A DNA stretch of 64,000 nt from Desulfuromonadaceae bacterium (GCA_007134025.1 SLLR01000012.1:7846-71845); one strand, 5' to 3'. Shown: positions 26,755 to 37,331, counted from the first letter of the stretch. Notes: generated from the letters alone by a model not told the origin. Numbers and translations: made by a program.

Positions 26755-26935
26755 ACAGTCGGGCAACTGTTCGAGCGCAGCGAGTTTTTGCCCGGCCGCC
26801 AAACGCCCGCGCAGCGCAGGGTACCCGCCAAAGGCGGGCCAGGAACGGGGCGCCTTTTTCTGCTGACTCTTTTTTGGCGCAAAAAAAGAGTCAGGCGTCG
26901 CGCGGGGACGCAACCCCGCGGGGTTGACTCTGGCC
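26755..26935 (+). repeat. REP-like two-hairpin repeat element, copy B (plus orientation)
   Basis: Core CTGTTCGAGCGCAGCGAGTTTTTG. Hairpin GACTCTTTTTT-GGCGC-AAAAAAAGAGTC (26865-26892). Second hairpin CGCGGGG-ACGCAA-CCCCGCG (26901-26920). Confidence 0.6.
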
Positions 26936-27068
26936 TGTTTCATTAATGTCAAGCGTGCAAGAAGGAATTAGGAAATGTGGGACAGGCTGTCATGCTTAAT
27001 CAAACAAAACAGCCCGCCCACGCAAGTGGAGGGGCTCCTGGTTTCTCGTCTGCAAAAAGCAGGATCGG

Positions 27069-28308
<1,240 letters not shown>

Positions 28309-28419
28309 TGTGTCGGAACCTCGCTACGAATATGGGGGATAAGGCTGCGGCACAGAGTAAGGGATTTGGCCCCGGTTGTCAATTCCGGCCAGCCCGCCGG
28401 AGCCGGCCTCTAAGGCACC

Positions 28420-29253
28420 TCAGGAGAGGGGGGCCCTGAGTTTTTCCAGAGCGTTTTTTTCGATCTGGCGCACCCGTTCGCGACTGATGCCGTAATGTTC
28501 GGCCAACTCCTGTAGGGTACGGGGGGTATCTCGCAGAATGCGTTCGCTGATAATGTAACGCTCCCTCGGCTTCAGTTGCTCCAGGGCGCCTTCGACCCGG
28601 CTCGAGAGCAGTCCGGCCTCTTCGTGCTCAAGGAGCAGCTGTTCCTGATTGTCCCGCTGGTCGGCGAGGGTGTCGAGAAGTGTGTAGTCGTTCCCCTCGG
28701 TGAGTTCCAGATCGAGGGACGCGTCCCGGGCCGCCATGCGCAAGGCCATGTCTTCGACTTCGTCTTCCCGCACCGCCAGTTCTCTTGCAATGTCCCCGGA
28801 TTCTTCGCCGCCGGTCAGACGCCGCAGGGCGCGCCGTGTCTGGCTGAGCTTAAAGAACAGTTTCTTCTGTGCCTGGGTGGTGCCGATCTTGACCAGAGAC
28901 CAGTTTTTCATAATGAAGTTATTGATGTAAGCGCGAATCCACCAGACGGCGTAGGTAATGAATTTAAGCCCCCGTTCCGGCTCGAACTTGCGCAGGGCCA
29001 TCATCAGGCCGATGTTGCCTTCCTGAATCAGGTCGAGAAGCTTCAGACCGTAGCCCCGGTATTCGTGGGCGATTTTCACCACGAAGCGGAGATTGGCGCA
29101 GATCAGGCGCTGGGCGGCTTCCAGGCTGCCCTGATCCCGGTAACGGGTGGCGAGCTGGTATTCTTCGTCACGACTGAGGAGTTCGAATTTCTTGATTTGA
29201 GCCACATAGAGATCAAGCGTGTCGGCAACGGCCGGCAGGTAGACGGTGTTCAT
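28420..29253 (-). CDS. rpoH: RNA polymerase sigma-32 factor
   Basis: Sigma-70 regions 2-4 and an RpoH-box-like TTQAQKKLFFKLSQTRR. Start trimmed to ATG 29253, after GGAGGC. Confidence 0.9.
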   Translation of the reverse strand: MNTVYLPAVADTLDLYVAQIKKFELLSRDEEYQLATRYRDQGSLEAAQRLICANLRFVVKIAHEYRGYGLKLLDLIQEGNIGLMMALRKFEPERGLKFITYAVWWIRAYINNFIMKNWSLVKIGTTQAQKKLFFKLSQTRRALRRLTGGEESGDIARELAVREDEVEDMALRMAARDASLDLELTEGNDYTLLDTLADQRDNQEQLLLEHEEAGLLSSRVEGALEQLKPRERYIISERILRDTPRTLQELAEHYGISRERVRQIEKNALEKLRAPLS

Positions 29254-29300
29254 ATACAAAGCCTCCCTGAAGTTTACGGCAAGGGGTTCGCGCATAAATT

Positions 29301-29327
29301 TTAGCACTCGACAAAGAAGAGTGCTAA
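29301..29327. promoter_or_regulatory. CIRCE element (HrcA operator), perfect consensus
   Basis: TTAGCACTC-GACAAAGAA-GAGTGCTAA matches TTAGCACTC-N9-GAGTGCTAA exactly. Lies 48 nt upstream of the rpoH start. Confidence 0.85.
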
Positions 29328-29329
29328 TA

Positions 29330-29358
29330 CATATAGCAAATCATATTTATAGGTGCAA
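29330..29358 (-). promoter_or_regulatory. Sigma-70-type promoter for rpoH, immediately upstream of CIRCE
   Basis: On the minus strand: TTGCAC, 17 nt spacer, TATATG. CIRCE begins 2 nt downstream of the -10. Confidence 0.5.
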
Positions 29359-29385
29359 GAAAAAACGCCTGCCCGGACCCGCAGC

Positions 29386-29414
29386 TTGGTATTTTATTCG
29401 GCCTGTGAAATAAT
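29386..29414 (+). promoter_or_regulatory. Sigma-70-type promoter candidate for polA
   Basis: TTGGTA, 17 nt spacer, AATAAT. Confidence 0.4.
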
Positions 29415-29470
29415 GTCTCCGCGCCGGGCGGTCACGGAATCGCCTGCGGTTTTAAGCCATTGGAGGAACC

Positions 29471-32146
29471 ATGACCGAGCAGGCCCAGCGCCTTTATCTT
29501 ATCGACGGATCGTCCTACATCTACCGGGCCTACTACGCCATTCGCCAGCTGTCCAATTCCAGGGGACTGGCAACCAACGCGGTTCTCGGTTTTACCAATA
29601 TGCTGCTCAAGGTGGTGCGCGAGGAGAAACCCGACCATCTGGCCGTGGTCTTTGACGCCAAAGGGCCGTCCTTTCGCAAGGAAATCTATCCCGAATACAA
29701 GGCCAACCGGGCCGCCATGCCCGAGGACCTGCGGCCGCAGATCCCCCTCATCAAGGCTCTGGTGGAGGCCTTCAACATGCCGGCCCTGGAGCTTGCCGGT
29801 TACGAGGCGGACGACATCATCGCCACTCTGGCCCGGCGCTTTGCCGGCGAGGGCATGGCGGTGACGGTAATTACCGGCGACAAGGATCTGATGCAGATTG
29901 TCGATGAGCGGATTCGCCTGCTCGACACCATGAAGGACCAGCAGACCGGCCTGGCGGAAGTGGCCGAGCGTTTCGGCGGCACGCCGGACAAGGTAATCGA
30001 GGTGCAGGCTCTGGCCGGCGACAGTTCCGATAATGTTCCCGGGGTGCCCGGCATCGGCGAAAAGACCGCCCGGCAGCTGATTCAGGAGTTCGGCACGGTG
30101 GAAAACCTGCTGAACAATATCGAAGGGGTATCGGGCAAGAAGCGCCAGGAAAACCTGCGCCAGTACGGCGAACAGGCCCGATTGTCGAAAAAACTGGTAA
30201 CTTTGGTCGACGACCTGCCGCTGGAAACGGATTACGATCAGCTGAAGCTCAGCGAACCGAATCGGCAGAAGTTGACCGAACTCTTTAAGGAACTGGAATT
30301 TCATAAACTGCTGCAGGAGTTTTCCAGCGATGAGCGGGCGACGGGCACGGGCTATCGTCTGGTACTGAAGGAGACCGAGATGCAGGAGATGCTGGCGGCC
30401 CTGGAACATGCCCCGCTGATCGCCCTTGATACCGAAACCACCTCCCTCGAGGCGATGCGGGCCGAGTTGGTCGGGCTTTCTTTTTCTATTGAAGCGGGGC
30501 AGGGCTGGTACCTGCCGGTGGGACATCGATATCTTGGGGCGCCGCCACAGCTCGACTGCCAGCCGGTGCTGGAGGCTCTGCGGCCCCTGCTCGAGGATCC
30601 CAAGCGGCCCAAGGTGGCTCAGAACGGCAAGTACGATCTGCTGGTGCTGCGCCGTGTCGGGGTCGAGGTGGCCGGACTGACCTTCGACACCATGCTCGCT
30701 TCCTATCTGGCCCAGCCGGCGGCCAAGTCCCATTCTCTGGACAACCTGGCCGGCGATCTGCTCGGTTATCGCACCATCCCTTTCAGCGAGGTTTGCGGCA
30801 GCGGGCGCAACCGCATCGGTTTTGAAGAAGTCGAAATCGAAAAGGCCCTGGTTTACGCCACCGAAGATGCTGACATCACCTTGCGCCTGCAGCAAAAACT
30901 GGCACCGCAACTGGTCGAGACCGGCCAGCAAAAGCTGTTTGACGAGGTGGAGATGCCGCTGCTGTCGGTGCTGGCCGAGATGGAGTGGCACGGCGTACGC
31001 ATCGACAGCAAATTGCTCGGCTCCCTGTCGGCAGAGCTGGAGGGCAAGATGCGCGCCCTGGAGGAAACCATTCACCGGCTGGCCGGAGGGCCTTTCAATG
31101 TCGCTTCTCCCCGGCAACTCGGCGAGGTGCTGTTCGAGCGGCTTCGGCTGCCCCGGGGCAAGAAGACCAAAACCGGCTGGTCGACGGACGTCGAAGTGCT
31201 GACGGTGCTGGCCGAGGAACACGATATTGCCGCCCGGATTCTCGACTACCGCTCCCTGGCCAAACTCAAGAGCACCTATTGCGACGCCCTGCCCAAGCTG
31301 GTGCATCCCGATACCGGCCGCATCCACACCTCCTTCAACCAGGCCGTCACCGCCACCGGCCGGCTGTCCTCCAGTGAACCCAACCTGCAGAACATCCCCA
31401 TTCGCACCGATGAGGGCCGGCGGATACGGGAGGCCTTTGTGCCCGACGCCGGTCATCTGCTGCTGGCCGCCGACTATTCTCAGGTGGAGTTGCGGATTCT
31501 GGCTCACATGGCCGACGAGCCGGCCCTCAAGCAGAGCTTTGAGCAGGGGGAAGATATTCACGCTCGCACCGCCAGTGAGATATTCGGCGTGTTTCTGGAG
31601 ATGGTCACGCCGGAGATGCGCCGCAGGGCCAAGACCATCAATTTCGGCGTTCTTTACGGCATGAGCGCCTTCGGTCTGGCCAAGGCCCTGGGTATTGGCC
31701 GCAAGGAGGCCCAGACCTACATCGACAGTTACTTCGCCCGTTATCCCCGAGTGCTCGATTTCATGGAAAGCAAGAAACAGGAAGGCCGGGACAAAGGCTA
31801 CGTCACCACCCTGTTCGGACGGCGATGCTCGGTGGCCGAGATCAACAGCCGCAACGGCGCGGTTCGGGGCTATGCCGAGCGCAACGCCATCAACTATCCG
31901 ATTCAGGGTACCGCCGCCGACATCATCAAGATCGCCATGGTCGCCATTGCCCGGCGTCTGCGGCGGGAGTCGCTGCAGGCCCGCATGGTGCTGCAGGTGC
32001 ACGACGAACTGGTCTTCGAGGTGTCCGAAACAGAGCTGGAGACCCTGCAGCGCCTGGCCCGGGAGGAGATGGAGGGCGCCGCTTCCCTGTCGGTGCCGCT
32101 GCGGGTGGAGATGGGCTGTGGCCGCAACTGGCGGGAAGCCCATTGA
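29471..32146 (+). CDS. polA: DNA polymerase I
   Basis: 891 aa. 5'-nuclease N-terminus, Exo I motif ALDTETTSL, and polymerase motifs DYSQVELRILAH, RRRAKTINFGVLYG and QVHDELVFE. Confidence 0.97.
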   Translation: MTEQAQRLYLIDGSSYIYRAYYAIRQLSNSRGLATNAVLGFTNMLLKVVREEKPDHLAVVFDAKGPSFRKEIYPEYKANRAAMPEDLRPQIPLIKALVEAFNMPALELAGYEADDIIATLARRFAGEGMAVTVITGDKDLMQIVDERIRLLDTMKDQQTGLAEVAERFGGTPDKVIEVQALAGDSSDNVPGVPGIGEKTARQLIQEFGTVENLLNNIEGVSGKKRQENLRQYGEQARLSKKLVTLVDDLPLETDYDQLKLSEPNRQKLTELFKELEFHKLLQEFSSDERATGTGYRLVLKETEMQEMLAALEHAPLIALDTETTSLEAMRAELVGLSFSIEAGQGWYLPVGHRYLGAPPQLDCQPVLEALRPLLEDPKRPKVAQNGKYDLLVLRRVGVEVAGLTFDTMLASYLAQPAAKSHSLDNLAGDLLGYRTIPFSEVCGSGRNRIGFEEVEIEKALVYATEDADITLRLQQKLAPQLVETGQQKLFDEVEMPLLSVLAEMEWHGVRIDSKLLGSLSAELEGKMRALEETIHRLAGGPFNVASPRQLGEVLFERLRLPRGKKTKTGWSTDVEVLTVLAEEHDIAARILDYRSLAKLKSTYCDALPKLVHPDTGRIHTSFNQAVTATGRLSSSEPNLQNIPIRTDEGRRIREAFVPDAGHLLLAADYSQVELRILAHMADEPALKQSFEQGEDIHARTASEIFGVFLEMVTPEMRRRAKTINFGVLYGMSAFGLAKALGIGRKEAQTYIDSYFARYPRVLDFMESKKQEGRDKGYVTTLFGRRCSVAEINSRNGAVRGYAERNAINYPIQGTAADIIKIAMVAIARRLRRESLQARMVLQVHDELVFEVSETELETLQRLAREEMEGAASLSVPLRVEMGCGRNWREAH

Positions 32147-32259
32147 GTCGGTCGGGAGGCGTCCCCTGCGTCGGTAGCGGGCGCTGATGTTCTGGGCGAT
32201 TTTTTTCGGTTTCAGGGTGGTTTTCGGCCGGTCGTGGCCTCACGGTCGGTCCTGCGGGA

Positions 32260-35200
32260 GTGTTCATGTTGCGATCCGGCCGTCTGCGGATACTGGTTCT
32301 GCTCTTTTTAACCGCGGTGCTGCTGGCCGCGGGTCTGTTGCGTTCCGCCAATCTCCTTGAAGATCATCTGCGGCCCCGTTTGGTGGACTGGGCCGCTTCA
32401 GCCCTGGGAGCCGAAGTCCGCATCGCCCGCCTCGACTGGCAACGGGGAGCTTTGGAGGCGGAAGGTCTGTGGCTCGACCAGCCCGGTTTCTATCGCCTGG
32501 AGATTCACCGGCTGCGGCTGGAACTGCGCCTGCGGGATCTGTGGCAAAGGCGGCTGACGGCGCTGGAGATCACCTCCCCCGTCCTGCGGTTCGAAGCCCG
32601 GAGCGAGTCGCCTTCCACGGAGCCTGGCCGCCTGCCCGCCCGCCTGCCGCTGACGGTCAACCGCCTGATCCTGCGGGACGGGCGGGTCGAGGCGAAATCG
32701 GGCCACGGCATGGTGCTGTTGCGGGAGCTGGAGGCGGATCTGTTTTTTGACGACCGCTACCGCTTTGCGCTCCGGGCGCTTCTGGGACAGGAGGACGCCC
32801 TGGCCCTGCATCTCGACGGGGAGGCCCTGTGGCGGGATGGGCTGCAGTTGACCCTGAAGCGTTTTGACTGGGATGAAACGCCGTTGCTGGCCGAAGAGTT
32901 GACCTTGCTGCTGGCTCCCGACGCGAGCTGGACCGGCGGCGGCCGCCTGCGCCTGGCCCGGTGGGATCGACAGGACTACGAGGCGTTGCGCAGGGGGCTG
33001 GACCTGCCGCAGCTTGTTCCGGACGAATGGGATTTCCGCCTGCGTGACCTCGAGCTGGAGCTGCGCTGGAACGCTCCGCAGGACGCGCATCTGCAGCTGC
33101 GGCTGGCGGCGCTGGAGTTGTGGCGCGAGGGGCTGGTGATTCCCGTCGCGGGGCTGGCGGCGGTCGTGGAACCGGCAGCAGAGGGCTGGCGCGTCCGGGC
33201 GACGGCTAGCCTGGCCGACGGGGTGACGGTGACCTGCGACGGTCTCTGGCAGGGCGGTATCCGGCAGGCCACCCTGCGGGCCGAGGTGCCCGATCCGGGC
33301 CGCCTCAAGGCGCGACTGCTCGGCGGCACGGCACCGCCCCTCAACGGCGGCCTGCAACTGAACGCCGATTTTCGCCATGCGCCCGAGGGTCCCCGAGTCC
33401 ACCTCGAACTGCGCGGCCGGTCCGGCCACCGCAGCGGCCCCCGGGCCCTGTTGAATCTCCACGCTGTGCGCCTGCAGGCCGAACTGGAACTCGGCGAGGT
33501 CCTTGCCGGTGAGGGCCGCCTGTGGGTTGGCGGGCAGCATCTGGCCAGTTTTCGGGGTGTTCCGGAGCGGCTCGAGATGGAACTGCACCCTGCCCACAGT
33601 GCCTCCTGGAGTCCCCTGCCCGGGCCGGCCCTGCGGTTTCAGCCCATGCCGCGGGGCCACGGGCTGAGCGGGCACCTGAGTGCTTCGCGCGGGCCACGGG
33701 GCTTGTGGGATCTGGGCGGAACACTGCAGGGCGAACATCTTCAGTGGGAGGCCCTGCATCTGGACGCTGCGACCACCGAACTGGCGCTGCGCCAGACGGC
33801 GTCGGGAGCCTGGAGCGGCTCGGTGAACCTGAAGGCCGGACAACTGGCTTACGAAGAGCTGGCGCTGGCCGATTTTTCCGCCGACACCCGCCTTCATGCC
33901 GAAGCCGGGCAGCTGCTCCTGCAGGAACTGCGCGGTGCCGGGCGTCTGGCCGGTTCGGACCTTCTGGCGGGGTCCCTGCAACTGGACGGCAGCGGGTTTT
34001 ATCGCGACGGTGCCTGGCAACTGGACCTGGCGGCTCTGCAGCTGGCGGACCTGGAGTGGATCGCCGCGGACGGCACCGCCGGGGTTGCCGGAGGACGGGT
34101 CCTGGTGCAGGGACAGCTGACCGGTTTCGGCGCCGAAACGGCGCAAGGGCAGGTGCGGGCCGAACTGGCGGCGGAAGAAGGCCTCTGGGGGCTCTATTAC
34201 GCCGACCTCGGCGGTCTGCCCCTGGAACTGGAAGGGCTGCTGCGCTGGCGGTCGGCGCGTCGGGAGATGGAGATCGCGTCCCTGCTGCTGCGCCTGGAAC
34301 CTTTCGGCACCCTGCAGGGCCGGGGGCGTCTTGTCGAAGGTGAAGGACATTTTGACGGCACCCTGGTCCTGCCCGAGCTTTCCGGAGCAGCCTCGGAACG
34401 CCTCGCGTCCCTGCTGGCCGAAAACCGGCCGGAACTGGCCGGGATGCGGCTCGGCGGCTCGCTGCAGACGGATTTTCACTGGACGCGGCGAGCCTTCTGG
34501 CATCTAAAGGGCGGAATCGCGCTGCGGGAACTGGCCATGGAGCTGCCCGCCGCCCGACTGAGCCTGCAGGGACTGAGCGGCACTCTGCCCTTCCATCTGA
34601 GCGACGCTGCTGCCCCTGCCGTCGAGGCTTTGACCGCTGCGGGGCGCCTTGCCGTTAAAGATCTGCAGCTCGGTCCGGTGCGCTGGTCGGCAGCCTCGGT
34701 TGGCCTGAATTCCGCACCCAATCGCATCGAACTGCAGGATGATCTGCAACTGGAGCTGGCCGGCGGCCTCGTGACCGTGGGCGGCCTGCGATTCGGCGCA
34801 ACGGCCGGCGAGAGCTTTGCCGCCGGCCACCTGGTGCTTGAAGGGGTGGACCTGCAACGCCTCACCACCGAGCTGGGGGTTCAGCCCATGCGCGGGGCAC
34901 TGAACGCCGACCTGGGGCGTATCGACTATCGGGGAGGGCGCCTGCGTTCGGAAGGCCAGGCGCTCATCGAGGCCTTTGACGGGCGGATTCGGGTCGACGG
35001 AATCGGTCTGGATCTTTCCAGTCTCATCTATCCCCTGTTCACTGCCGACATCGTCTTCGAGGGCATCGACCTGCACCAGCTCACCCAGACCCTCGCCTTT
35101 GGCGACATGAACGGCATCGTCGACGGCTATATTCGCAACCTGCGTTTGTTGGGCACAACCCCCAGCCGCTTCAACGCCCGTCTCGAAACCCGTCCCGGCG

Positions 35201-35505
35201 GCAAGCGCGACATCAGCGTGCGGGCCCTGAACAATCTGGCCATTCTCAGCCAGGGAGGCGTCTCTTCGGCCCTGTCCCGAGGCATCTACCGGTTCATCGA
35301 CTACTACCGCTATCGGCGGATCGGCATCCTCTTCACTCTCGATCGGGACCTGTTTCAGCTCAAGGGCACCGCTCGGGAGGGGACCGACCGCTTTCTGGTG
35401 GATGGCGGTATCCTGCCGCCCAAAATCGACATTATCGCACCGCCGTCGGCCATCTCTTTTTCCGAGATGCTGAGGCGTCTGCAGCGCATGGAGCGAGCCA
35501 ATTGA
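32260..35505 (+). CDS. YdbH-like AsmA-superfamily large envelope protein
   Basis: 1081 aa with an N-terminal TM anchor. The C-terminal region DIVFEGIDLHQLTQTLAFGDMNGIVDGYIRNLRL...ISVRALNNLAILSQGG is typical of the YdbH/DctA-YdbH domain. Start is GTG 32260 or ATG 32266. Confidence 0.7.
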   Translation: MFMLRSGRLRILVLLFLTAVLLAAGLLRSANLLEDHLRPRLVDWAASALGAEVRIARLDWQRGALEAEGLWLDQPGFYRLEIHRLRLELRLRDLWQRRLTALEITSPVLRFEARSESPSTEPGRLPARLPLTVNRLILRDGRVEAKSGHGMVLLRELEADLFFDDRYRFALRALLGQEDALALHLDGEALWRDGLQLTLKRFDWDETPLLAEELTLLLAPDASWTGGGRLRLARWDRQDYEALRRGLDLPQLVPDEWDFRLRDLELELRWNAPQDAHLQLRLAALELWREGLVIPVAGLAAVVEPAAEGWRVRATASLADGVTVTCDGLWQGGIRQATLRAEVPDPGRLKARLLGGTAPPLNGGLQLNADFRHAPEGPRVHLELRGRSGHRSGPRALLNLHAVRLQAELELGEVLAGEGRLWVGGQHLASFRGVPERLEMELHPAHSASWSPLPGPALRFQPMPRGHGLSGHLSASRGPRGLWDLGGTLQGEHLQWEALHLDAATTELALRQTASGAWSGSVNLKAGQLAYEELALADFSADTRLHAEAGQLLLQELRGAGRLAGSDLLAGSLQLDGSGFYRDGAWQLDLAALQLADLEWIAADGTAGVAGGRVLVQGQLTGFGAETAQGQVRAELAAEEGLWGLYYADLGGLPLELEGLLRWRSARREMEIASLLLRLEPFGTLQGRGRLVEGEGHFDGTLVLPELSGAASERLASLLAENRPELAGMRLGGSLQTDFHWTRRAFWHLKGGIALRELAMELPAARLSLQGLSGTLPFHLSDAAAPAVEALTAAGRLAVKDLQLGPVRWSAASVGLNSAPNRIELQDDLQLELAGGLVTVGGLRFGATAGESFAAGHLVLEGVDLQRLTTELGVQPMRGALNADLGRIDYRGGRLRSEGQALIEAFDGRIRVDGIGLDLSSLIYPLFTADIVFEGIDLHQLTQTLAFGDMNGIVDGYIRNLRLLGTTPSRFNARLETRPGGKRDISVRALNNLAILSQGGVSSALSRGIYRFIDYYRYRRIGILFTLDRDLFQLKGTAREGTDRFLVDGGILPPKIDIIAPPSAISFSEMLRRLQRMERAN

Positions 35506-35577
35506 TTTTACCCCCCGGCGCGTTTATAGTGACAGCGGTCCCTTAACCGCAACTGTTGCCCATAGGAGATGCCCGAT

Positions 35578-36162
35578 ATGAAAAAAATCAGCTGGATCAG
35601 CTCCCTGCTGGCCGTCACTCTGCTGCTGTCCTGCGTCACCATCAACATCTACTTTCCCGCCGAGGAGGTACGCAGCGCCGCGGATCGTTTCGTGCATGAA
35701 GTCTGGGGAGAGCGCAACGGCCGACCCGCCGAAGAGCCTCCGGTAACGGAGCCGGTTCCGGGTCCCGGTGCACGGCTGCGTTTTGGGGGGGCGTCGACGG
35801 CCTGGGCCGCCCAGAACATCGAGGTCAGCACCCCGGAAATCCGCGCCATCAAAGAGGCCATGCAACGGCGTCATGAGAGCCTGCAGCCGCTGCTGGAGAG
35901 CGGCCGGATCGGAATCGACGCGGCCGGCCTGCTGGCGGTGCGGGATCTGGCCGGTCTCGATTTGCGTTCCCGCAGCCAGGCCCAGCGTCTGGTAGAGGAA
36001 GAGAACGCCGATCGGCTGCGACTGTATCGGGAGATCGCCCGGGCCAACGACTTTCCCGACCGGGCCGGCGAGGTGCAATCCATCTTTGCCGATTCCTGGC
36101 GGGATCAAGCTCCAAGCGGCTGGTACCTACAGGACCGTAGCGGAGCCTGGCGCCGTAAATGA
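35578..36162 (+). CDS. Lipoprotein combining a YnbE-like N-terminal segment with a YdbL (DUF1318) domain
   Basis: MKKISWISSLLAVTLLLSC gives a lipobox, followed by VTINIYFPAEEV. The C-terminal EENADRLRLYREIARAN...GWYLQDRSGAWRRK is DUF1318-like. AGGAG lies 9 nt upstream of ATG 35578. Confidence 0.7.
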   Translation: MKKISWISSLLAVTLLLSCVTINIYFPAEEVRSAADRFVHEVWGERNGRPAEEPPVTEPVPGPGARLRFGGASTAWAAQNIEVSTPEIRAIKEAMQRRHESLQPLLESGRIGIDAAGLLAVRDLAGLDLRSRSQAQRLVEEENADRLRLYREIARANDFPDRAGEVQSIFADSWRDQAPSGWYLQDRSGAWRRK

Positions 36163-36204
36163 CCATTTTAAACCCTGTCCGCAACTGAAAGGCAGTAAAC
36201 ATCC

Positions 36205-37281
36205 ATGTCCCAGCAGACCCGCCGAATCATGGTCGGCACCGTTCCCGTCGGCGGCGGAGCGCCCGTCTCCGTGCAGTCCATGTGCAGCACCGACACCCGC
36301 GACGTGGCTGCCACCCGGGCCCAGATCGAAAGGCTGAGTGAAGCCGGTTGCGAGATCGTGCGCTGCGCGGTGCCCGACCGGGAGGCGGCCGAGGCTTTGC
36401 GGGAGATTCGCAGGGGATGCCCCATCCCTCTGGTAGCCGATATCCATTTTGACTACAAACTGGCCCTGCTGGCCCTGGAAAGCGGCGTTGATGCCCTGCG
36501 CCTGAATCCCGGCAACATCGGCGCACGCTGGAAGGTGGAAGAAGTGGTGCGCGCCTGTGCCGAGAGGAGGGTGCCGATCCGCATCGGCGTCAACGGCGGC
36601 TCCCTGGAGAAAGAACTGCTGGCCCGGCACGGGCATGCCAGCGCCGCGGCCATGGTCGAGAGCGCCCTGGGGCATATCCGCATTCTCGAGGATCTCGGTT
36701 ATCAGGAGATCAAGGTGAGTCTCAAGGCTTCCCATGTGCGGCGCACCGTGGAGGCCTACCGGCTGCTGGCCGCCCAGGTAACCTACCCCCTGCATATCGG
36801 CATTACCGAAGCCGGCACGGTGTGGAGCGGCACCATCAAGAGCGCCGTCGGCCTGGGAACCCTGCTCTTTGACGGCATCGGCGACACTCTGCGGGTCTCC
36901 CTGACCGGCGATCCGGTGGACGAAGTGCGGGTCGGCTGGGAGATTCTGCGGGCCCTGGAGCTGCGGGAGCGGGGCCCGGTACTGGTCAGTTGCCCCACCT
37001 GCGGCCGCTGCCAGATCGACCTGATTCCCATTGCCGAAGAGGTGGAACGGCGCCTGCGGGATCTGCCGAAAAAAATCGTCGTGGCAGTCATGGGCTGCGT
37101 GGTCAACGGTCCCGGAGAGGCCCGGGAAGCCGATGTCGGTATTGCCGGCGGCCGGGGCGAGGGCCTGTTGTTCCGCCGTGGCGAGGTGGTGCGCAAGGTG
37201 CCCCAGGACCAGCTGGCCGACGCCCTGGTGGCCGAGGCCTGGAGTCTGGTGGAGGAGGAAAACGCCGAACGCGAAGGGTAA
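36205..37281 (+). CDS. ispG: 4-hydroxy-3-methylbut-2-en-1-yl diphosphate synthase
   Basis: 358 aa with VGGGAPVSVQSMCSTDT..., GCEIVRCAVPD and CPTCGRC. Confidence 0.95.
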   Translation: MSQQTRRIMVGTVPVGGGAPVSVQSMCSTDTRDVAATRAQIERLSEAGCEIVRCAVPDREAAEALREIRRGCPIPLVADIHFDYKLALLALESGVDALRLNPGNIGARWKVEEVVRACAERRVPIRIGVNGGSLEKELLARHGHASAAAMVESALGHIRILEDLGYQEIKVSLKASHVRRTVEAYRLLAAQVTYPLHIGITEAGTVWSGTIKSAVGLGTLLFDGIGDTLRVSLTGDPVDEVRVGWEILRALELRERGPVLVSCPTCGRCQIDLIPIAEEVERRLRDLPKKIVVAVMGCVVNGPGEAREADVGIAGGRGEGLLFRRGEVVRKVPQDQLADALVAEAWSLVEEENAEREG

Positions 37282-37331
37282 GCCCGGGTCAAAGGCGAAA
37301 TGGCCTGATTTTGGGAAGGGAAGATGGAGCC

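Noticed and set aside
26483-26952. ORFs 26483-26713, 26596-26952 and 26734-26946 as protein-coding genes
   Set aside because: They run through hairpin-rich repeat elements on both strands, have no RBS and give Arg/Pro/Gly-rich translations. They are better explained as REP-like DNA.
29432-32143. 903-aa ORF antisense to polA. Similar giant antisense ORFs occur at 54324-57086 opposite smc, 32398-34503 opposite the ydbH-like gene and 40513-41853 opposite the sigma-54 activator.
   Set aside because: Long stop-free antisense frames are expected in GC-rich coding DNA. Their translations are low-complexity (Gly/Arg/Pro/Gln-rich) with no motifs, while the sense strands carry unmistakable family signatures.
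36990-37331. N-terminal extensions of listed ORFs: 36990 for the antiporter, 46461-46898 for trmO, 19955-20479 for yjbQ, 38661 for the kinase, 54294 for smc, 58289 for ftsY
   Set aside because: The extensions overlap neighbouring genes or lack family similarity. Internal starts with Shine-Dalgarno sequences give proteins of the expected length and N-terminus.
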